Assembly (NCBI GenBank): GCA_021513715.1 | Contig: CP084167.1 | Span: 1,130,571 to 1,194,570 of the forward strand | Origin: Candidatus Heimdallarchaeum endolithica | Lineage (GTDB): Archaea > Asgardarchaeota > Heimdallarchaeia > Heimdallarchaeales > Heimdallarchaeaceae | DNA: 64,000 nt | Reading direction: 5' to 3' | Shown: piece by piece, positions 58,437 through 64,000 of the stretch | Numbering within the stretch: position 1 is the stretch's first letter | Layout of the letters: each line of letters opens with the position of its first letter | Position numbers and translations under genes: made by a program | The notes under the pieces: generated by a model | Told to the model about the DNA's origin: nothing | Databases searched by the model: none | What the model saw: only the letters and a program-made list of their open reading frames with translations

Positions 58437-59450
58437 AAGCATGTCCAAAAATTCTTTTTCACCTACTAAACGGTCCGAAGGAGTAAAAGGTAGTTGTAAC
58501 AGAGAAGAGAACTGTACAAGGTAGAGAGGATGGTGGAGGGTAAACGATCAAGGATTGGGGGAAGAGAGAGTTTAAGGAGACCAAAGACGTGTTCAATACT
58601 ACTACGATACTCGGGATGATGATTACGACGATACAGACCAGGGTAGAGACGATGAGCTTGAACTATTGGTCCGAGGGGAGGAGGAGAGGGATAACGAGCA
58701 TTACTTTTTGGGGGAATAACAGGAAAAAAGGAATGTTGGCTAAGAAGTCCAACGATATTTTCTGTCCAGTAGGCACAGTCTCCATAAAATCGCAAGAAAG
58801 GTCTCAAGAGTGCAGAAGGAAGTTTCTGCCAGAGTAAACCGAAGACTTTACTATCATGAGTGTTACTAGCAGAATGAGCGAGAGAGACTATAGCTCGAGA
58901 GGGTAAACCAACTATAAGGTGTATCTTCCAGAAAAGTTTAGAGGTTTTCTTTAGTGTCCCTCTTGACCATTTGAGAAAACGCCAAACAGAAGCTTGACGG
59001 ATTTTAAACCCTGAACTATCCACTGCCATAGCTTTCAAGCCTTTTTTCCTCACTATTTCCCTACCTAACTCTATTATCCACTGCTCTAAGATTTTACTTT
59101 CTGTCGCTCTCCACACTGCATGAAAAGTAGATTTAGAAGGAATCTTCTTCATCCACCCCTCTTCTATCAAAAAATCGCATAAAGACAACTTTTCCTCTAA
59201 CTTCCTCCAAGCTATCCCTTCTATTCTAGCAATGATTGCTAAAGCCAGTATCACCCATCTTTCTGCTATTCTCTTTCTCCCTCTCTTGCTTTCTCTCGGT
59301 TCCTCTTTCACCAGTTTCTTAAGGAAAGGTTCATTAATGATTATGAATTCTCTTGCTTTGTGGGGGTCTATGATCTGAAAGAAATTCATACTTCCGACAT
59401 AAACCCCCACATTAATAAAAATTAATTTTTGGACATGCTTTTATGAATAT
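58437..59450 (-). mobile_element. Intact 1014-bp insertion sequence with 17-bp terminal inverted repeats (AAGCATGTCCAAAAATT) and an 8-bp target duplication (TTATGAAT). It is of the IS5-superfamily DDE type.
   Basis: Perfect inverted repeat at both ends. Direct repeats ttatgaat at 58429-58436 and 59451-59458. A single 314-aa ORF. Higher GC than its flanks. Confidence 0.8.
58466..59410 (-). CDS. DDE transposase that is IS5 or IS4-like.
   Basis: Putative DDE residues in AVDSSGF, ASNTHDSKVF and the C-terminal YRSSIEHVFGLLK (Y-R-x3-E-x6-K). Confidence 0.65.
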   Translation of the reverse strand: MGVYVGSMNFFQIIDPHKAREFIIINEPFLKKLVKEEPRESKRGRKRIAERWVILALAIIARIEGIAWRKLEEKLSLCDFLIEEGWMKKIPSKSTFHAVWRATESKILEQWIIELGREIVRKKGLKAMAVDSSGFKIRQASVWRFLKWSRGTLKKTSKLFWKIHLIVGLPSRAIVSLAHSASNTHDSKVFGLLWQKLPSALLRPFLRFYGDCAYWTENIVGLLSQHSFFPVIPPKSNARYPSPPPLGPIVQAHRLYPGLYRRNHHPEYRSSIEHVFGLLKLSLPPILDRLPSTILSTLYSSLLCYNYLLLLRTV

Positions 59451-59781
59451 TTATCTGAAATTTAAAGACCCTGAAGAAGTAAAAAACGTTATTCATGCAA
59501 AAACACAATTAACAAAAAATGATGCATGGTGTCTTCGTAGATTTGTTCATGAATTCATAATCCCTTACGATATCAAGGACAGAATAGCTGATATAGACAT
59601 TCCTATGGTAATGTTTGTGGGTAAAAAAGACCATTTTCTAAACTTAAAGCAATCAAAGCAATTCTTACTTAACTCTAAATCCAAACTAATTGAACTGGAA
59701 GAAACTGCTCATAGAATTCAAGAAGGAAATGAAAAGAAAATGGCTGAAGAAACAAATATTTTTCTAGAAAATCTACTTTAA
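59451..59781 (+). pseudogene. Alpha/beta-hydrolase C-terminal portion, downstream of the IS insertion.
   Basis: VMFVGKKDHF (Asp region) and ETAHRIQ (His). The target-duplication codons FMN join the two halves in frame. Confidence 0.6.
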
Positions 59782-59846
59782 TCTATCTTTTTCCTTACTT
59801 CTTCTATTTGCTTAATTGTTGGGACTAGTGAAACTATTATTGTTCC

Positions 59847-60773
59847 TTAGCCAGTGTTTACTCCAATTATCGGACTGCATACAGACTTATAGATAGAGCA
59901 CAATTCTACTTTCTGTTTAAGTTTGTTTTCTATATATTCTACCCCTTGCTCGTTGTTTAAATGTGTAATAATCATGTCATATTTCCAGCCATTTTTTATT
60001 TTACTAAGAGTTAAATGAACCAATCGTTTAACCATTGATTTCCTAAAAAAAAGACCAGGAAACTTTGAAATCAATTTCCCTTGCTTAGACATTATAGCAA
60101 CAGGTTTTATCTTCATAAATCTTGTGAAATCAAGTAGTAGTTTTGATTTTAGTCTTCCAGACTTATAGACATTATCTAATGTTAAAAATCCAACTGTTAA
60201 AATAGAATATTTTTTCATTTCTTCAAGCATTTCAATTATTTTTTCCAGACTTTTTCCCATTCTAACTAGTTTTGCTGCTGAAAGAACAAGTAATCCTTGA
60301 ACTCCTGAAGCTGAAACAGAATCAATAAGAGTAACTTTTCCTTTAAACTTTCTAGCAATCATTCTCACACTATTATATGTTGAAGTTAAAGCAGAAGAAA
60401 CAGAAATGTAAATAATGTGGTCATAGTTCTGTTTATTTAGTGTATTGTCAAAAACTATTTGATAATCAGCAATATCTGGTGCAGAAGATTGAGGTATATA
60501 ATCAAGTTCGGCTATTTTACTATAATATTCTGAAAAGGATAAATCTTTTCCAACTTTCCACACTTTATCTTTTAATAAAACGTTATGTGGAATTTGTTCA
60601 ATGTCCCACTTATCATAGAGTTCGACTGGTAAATCAGCTGCAGAATCAGTAATAATTTTGATTTTCATTCTTATTTGAACTGTTAATTGTGCGAATGTTA
60701 AATTTTTTCCCCAAAAAAATAGAAATAAGTTGGCCTTGTTATTTGTTACTTGGGAAAAAAACATAAACATCAA
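59847..60773 (-). CDS. DegV-family fatty-acid-binding protein.
   Basis: KIKIITDSAADLP N-terminal motif. About 280-aa core. Confidence 0.65.
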   Translation of the reverse strand: MMFMFFSQVTNNKANLFLFFWGKNLTFAQLTVQIRMKIKIITDSAADLPVELYDKWDIEQIPHNVLLKDKVWKVGKDLSFSEYYSKIAELDYIPQSSAPDIADYQIVFDNTLNKQNYDHIIYISVSSALTSTYNSVRMIARKFKGKVTLIDSVSASGVQGLLVLSAAKLVRMGKSLEKIIEMLEEMKKYSILTVGFLTLDNVYKSGRLKSKLLLDFTRFMKIKPVAIMSKQGKLISKFPGLFFRKSMVKRLVHLTLSKIKNGWKYDMIITHLNNEQGVEYIENKLKQKVELCSIYKSVCSPIIGVNTG

Positions 60774-60804
60774 AACATAGATAATTTAGAGAAGTTGGTT
60801 TAAA

Positions 60805-62565
60805 TTGAGAACAGAAGAAATAATTTCATATGCAATGGCTGATAAGAAGGCAAGTTTAATTTTGAGAGGAGGAAAAGTAGCTAATGTTTATACAAGAGAA
60901 TTAATTGATGCGGACGTTGTAATTGCAGATAATTATATTGTATATGTTGGAAAAAACACAGATGATTTTAAAGGTGAAAAAACACAAATTATTAAGTTAG
61001 AAGACAAGGTAATCTGCCCAGGATTAATAGAATCACATATTCACGTTGAATCATCCATGTTATCTTTAACTGAATTCTCCAAAGTTGTAGTTTCTAAAGG
61101 AACCACCACATGTGTAATTGATCCCCACGAAATCGCAAATGTTTGTGGAATTGAAGGCATAAACCTATTTATTGAAGAAAGTAAAGAATTACCAGTGAAA
61201 TTTTTAATTGAAGCTCCTTCTTGTGTTCCTTCTTTATCTGGTTTTGAAACACCAGGAGCAGAATTAGATGTTAATAAAATCATAAAGTTGCTTAAAAAAG
61301 ATGAGATTTTTGGTTTAGCAGAAATGATGAATTTTCCTGGAGTATATCTCCGATTTCCTGATGTATTAGGAAAAATTGATGCTGCAAAAAAATCTAAAAA
61401 AATAGTAGAAGGACATGCTCCTCTATTAACGAATAAAGAATTACAAGCATATATAGCTGCTGGAATTTCTTCAGACCATGAAGCTACAACAGCAGAGGAA
61501 GCTTTAGAAAAACTACGTTTAGGAATGAAACTACAAATAAGAGAAGGTTCTTTTGCTAAAGATCTTGAAAACATATTCTCCGATTTGATAAAATATGACA
61601 TTGATTATAGGAACATTATTATTGCTTCTGATGATAGAAATCCAATTGATTTAGTTGAAAAAGGGCATTTAGATTACTCTTTTAGAAAACTTGTTAAACT
61701 AAGTGTTGACCCCATCAAAGCTTTACAGATGTTCACTATTAACACAGCAACTCACCTAAAATTGGATGACAAAATAGGCGGAATCTCTCCTGGTAAAATT
61801 GCGGATATTGTAGTAGTTAACGATTTGGAGAACTTTAACGTAGAAATGACTATTATTGAAGGAAAGATTGTTTATAGAGAGAATAAGGTTCAACAAAATA
61901 TTATTAGAAAAAAATATCCTAAATCTGTTTTAGAAACGATGAAATTTTTTGAAGTTCCATCTATTTATGACCTTATGATTGAAGAGGAAGAGGAAGAGAT
62001 AAGGGTTAATGTGATTGGATTAAAAGAGCATTCTCTAATTACTGAACATTTACAATTAAAATTAAAGGCAATAGATGGATACCTTCAACCAGATTTAGAA
62101 CAAGATATTCTTCCTGTTTTTGTAATAAACCGTCATACACCAGAGAAAAATATTGGAAAAGGTTTTATCAAAGGTTTAGGAATAAAAGAAGGTGCTTTAG
62201 CAAGTACAATAGCTCACGATTGTCACCAAGTAATTTGTACTGGAACTAGTTATGAACTAATAATACAAGCTTTACAAAAGATCAAAGAAATAGGTGGAGG
62301 ACAAGTTGTTGTAACAAAAAACAGTGCAGTGACACTTCCTTTGAAAATTGCAGGATTAATGAGTACTGAAACTTCTTCAGAAGTTGTTAAAAAAATAAGA
62401 ACCATTAATCAAGAGTTGAAGAAACTTCAACCAGCACTATCAGAACCTTTTATGGCTCTTGCTTTTGTAGCTTTACCTGTAATTCCACACTTGAAAATAA
62501 CTGATAAAGGATTAGTAAACGTTGATACTTTTGGTTTCATTGAGTTAAAAATTCTAGAAAAATAG
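60805..62565 (+). CDS. ade: Adenine deaminase (amidohydrolase superfamily).
   Basis: GLIESHIHVESS metal-binding motif. 586 aa is the typical two-domain length. The listed start is TTG, and an ATG (MADKK) lies 10 codons downstream. Confidence 0.7.
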   Translation: MRTEEIISYAMADKKASLILRGGKVANVYTRELIDADVVIADNYIVYVGKNTDDFKGEKTQIIKLEDKVICPGLIESHIHVESSMLSLTEFSKVVVSKGTTTCVIDPHEIANVCGIEGINLFIEESKELPVKFLIEAPSCVPSLSGFETPGAELDVNKIIKLLKKDEIFGLAEMMNFPGVYLRFPDVLGKIDAAKKSKKIVEGHAPLLTNKELQAYIAAGISSDHEATTAEEALEKLRLGMKLQIREGSFAKDLENIFSDLIKYDIDYRNIIIASDDRNPIDLVEKGHLDYSFRKLVKLSVDPIKALQMFTINTATHLKLDDKIGGISPGKIADIVVVNDLENFNVEMTIIEGKIVYRENKVQQNIIRKKYPKSVLETMKFFEVPSIYDLMIEEEEEEIRVNVIGLKEHSLITEHLQLKLKAIDGYLQPDLEQDILPVFVINRHTPEKNIGKGFIKGLGIKEGALASTIAHDCHQVICTGTSYELIIQALQKIKEIGGGQVVVTKNSAVTLPLKIAGLMSTETSSEVVKKIRTINQELKKLQPALSEPFMALAFVALPVIPHLKITDKGLVNVDTFGFIELKILEK

Positions 62566-62626
62566 TTACTTAAAAGTAAATTGATAATTTTAATTAATAA
62601 TACTTTTATAATGAATTTTTTCTTGT

Positions 62627-63364
62627 TTGATTGCAATGACAGATGAGATTATTGTCAAAACTAAGAATTTACGAAGAACTTTTGAGTTTGGAGAGACAGA
62701 AGTTGTTGCTTTAGATAAAATAGATATGGAAATCAGAAGAGGAGAATTTGCTGTAGTTCTTGGTCCTTCTGGATCAGGCAAAACTACTTTACTCAATATG
62801 ATAGGAGGAATTGACAAACCTACAAAGGGAAAGGTAGAAGTAGATGGAAAAGAAATAACGGCTTACGACAAAGATAAGCTAAATGAATACAGAAGAAATG
62901 ATGTAGGCTGGATTTTTCAATTTTTCAACATTGTAGCAAGTCTTAGAGCTTGGGAAAATGTTGGTTTAGCTTTAGAATTTAAAGGGGGGTATAAAACCCC
63001 AGAAATAAAAAAACTCTCTTATGAAATTTTAAAACATGTTGGGCTAAAAGGAAAAGAAGAAAGATTTCCCAGCCAACTATCAGGAGGAGAACAACAACGT
63101 GTCGCTATAGCTCGAGCATTAATCAAAAAACCGAAAATTATTGTTGCAGATGAACCTACAGGAAACTTGGATTTTGTGACTGGCCAAAAAATTGCTGAAT
63201 TAATGCGTAATTTAAATAAAGAAGAGAAAACAACCTTCATTGTTGTAAGTCATGACCTCAACATTACTCAATATGCTGATAGAGTTTTTCATCTCCAAAT
63301 GGGTAAAATAGAGAAGATAGAAGAACATCCGGGAACAATGGTATCTAACAAAGTGGAGGGATAG
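62627..63364 (+). CDS. ABC transporter ATP-binding protein that is MacB or LolD-like.
   Basis: [39 protein letters not shown]. Confidence 0.85.
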   Translation: MIAMTDEIIVKTKNLRRTFEFGETEVVALDKIDMEIRRGEFAVVLGPSGSGKTTLLNMIGGIDKPTKGKVEVDGKEITAYDKDKLNEYRRNDVGWIFQFFNIVASLRAWENVGLALEFKGGYKTPEIKKLSYEILKHVGLKGKEERFPSQLSGGEQQRVAIARALIKKPKIIVADEPTGNLDFVTGQKIAELMRNLNKEEKTTFIVVSHDLNITQYADRVFHLQMGKIEKIEEHPGTMVSNKVEG

Positions 63365-63367
63365 TCA

Positions 63368-64000
63368 ATGAAAATCATGACTAAAAAGACACTAAGAGAG
63401 ATTATGAACAATAAATTCCGTAGTTTAAGTATTGTACTTATAGTTGCAATAAGTTTAGGAATGCTAGTTGGTTTACGTGCGGCAGAGCCAGGTCTTTTTG
63501 CTACTTATAAATTAAATATGAGGGAACAAAATGTTGCAGATGGAACATTTTCATTTACTCAAATGATTGATGAATCAAATGTTACCGCAATTTCGAACAA
63601 TCAAACTTTCCTTCAACACTCAGACATCTCGGAGATTGAAGGAAGAATATTTTACAGTACTGAATTAATATTCAATGATGAATCTTTTAAAGCATATGTT
63701 ATAGGAATAGATTTTCCGAATAAACTAAATGTACTAAATATTGAGGAAAAAGCTGATGATATAGCTGATGATAACACAATATTAGATAAAAATAACAGCT
63801 GTTTAGTTGAAATAAGATTTGCTGGTCATAAAATCAAATTTCTGGGGCAAAATGTTCCTTTGAACGCTAATCTAACGGTTAATTTTATGGGTAATGATGT
63901 AAATTTAACAGTTAAAGGGATTGCGCAAGATAGTTATTACACATATCTTGTTGATGAAATCTCTAAAATCCCTCTCCTCGGGAATCTGGCAGTAATATGG
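63368..64000 (+). CDS. ABC transporter permease of the FtsX/MacB type, truncated by the window end.
   Basis: MKIMTKKTLREIMNNKFRSLSIVLIVAISLGMLVGL is an N-terminal TM segment, followed by a large periplasmic-type domain. It is coupled to the upstream ATPase by a 3-nt gap. Confidence 0.65.
   Translation, partial: MKIMTKKTLREIMNNKFRSLSIVLIVAISLGMLVGLRAAEPGLFATYKLNMREQNVADGTFSFTQMIDESNVTAISNNQTFLQHSDISEIEGRIFYSTELIFNDESFKAYVIGIDFPNKLNVLNIEEKADDIADDNTILDKNNSCLVEIRFAGHKIKFLGQNVPLNANLTVNFMGNDVNLTVKGIAQDSYYTYLVDEISKIPLLGNLAVIW

Noticed and set aside
58589-58837. Plus-strand ORF inside the intact IS.
   Set aside because: It is antisense to the transposase. The same antisense frame appears in the decayed copy, which is a by-product of GC-rich IS sequence.
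1-64000. A search for rRNA, tRNA, CRISPR arrays and prophage structural genes.
   Set aside because: I found no GC-rich tRNA-like islands in the intergenic regions, no rRNA-like conserved blocks, no repeat-spacer arrays, and no capsid, terminase or portal-like ORFs.

Overview
This 64-kb window is AT-rich (roughly 30% GC by eye) with Lys/Ile/Asn-rich proteins. It has about 65 protein-coding genes and no rRNA, tRNA or CRISPR array that I could find. The gene content points to a low-GC archaeon, with low confidence. The pointers are Lrp/AsnC and TrmB/PadR-type regulators, many zinc-ribbon small and membrane proteins, PGF-CTERM-like tails, Roadblock/LC7 proteins and a beta-helix surface protein.

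The window mixes ordinary metabolic and transport genes with a clear accessory and decay signature.

- **Housekeeping and transport genes:**
  - CN-hydrolase, HAD hydrolase, creatininase-family protein, adenine deaminase, DegV and peroxiredoxin.
  - CbiMNQO ECF transporter, three ABC systems, three MFS transporters and TauE/SafE.
  - Metallo-beta-lactamase-fold hydrolase, M14 carboxypeptidase, and a sulfur-relay cluster with tusA/dsrE-like genes and an SQR-like gene.
- **Mobile elements:**
  - A standalone TnpB (OMEGA-type RuvC nuclease) sits at 8398-9900.
  - An IS5-superfamily-like DDE insertion sequence of about 1 kb is present in two copies. The intact copy (58437-59450) has a 17-bp terminal inverted repeat and an 8-bp target duplication and splits an alpha/beta-hydrolase gene. 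The second copy (33172-34189) is decayed and lies just upstream of an MFS gene.
- **Paralogous cassette:** A two-gene cassette occurs twice: a small secreted protein with FYNHA and FDPPG motifs followed by a regulator with two Lrp/AsnC-type HTH units (10774-12375 and 28002-29656). The second copy directly follows a secreted caspase-like (clan CD) peptidase.
- **Candidate nucleic-acid-targeting genes:** A TGT-fold protein with an intact CxCxxC...H zinc motif lies next to a winged-helix-like partner and a frameshifted HEPN gene (28-3096).
- **Other notable genes:** Several Roadblock/LC7-domain proteins occur, one next to a Ras-fold-like gene that lacks a P-loop.
- **Disrupted genes:** Four genes appear frameshifted (an FG-GAP/TSP3 membrane giant, the SQR-like gene, the HEPN gene and a small zinc-ribbon gene), and a GPH transporter is truncated.

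All calls come from reading motifs in the supplied translations. No database searches were run.
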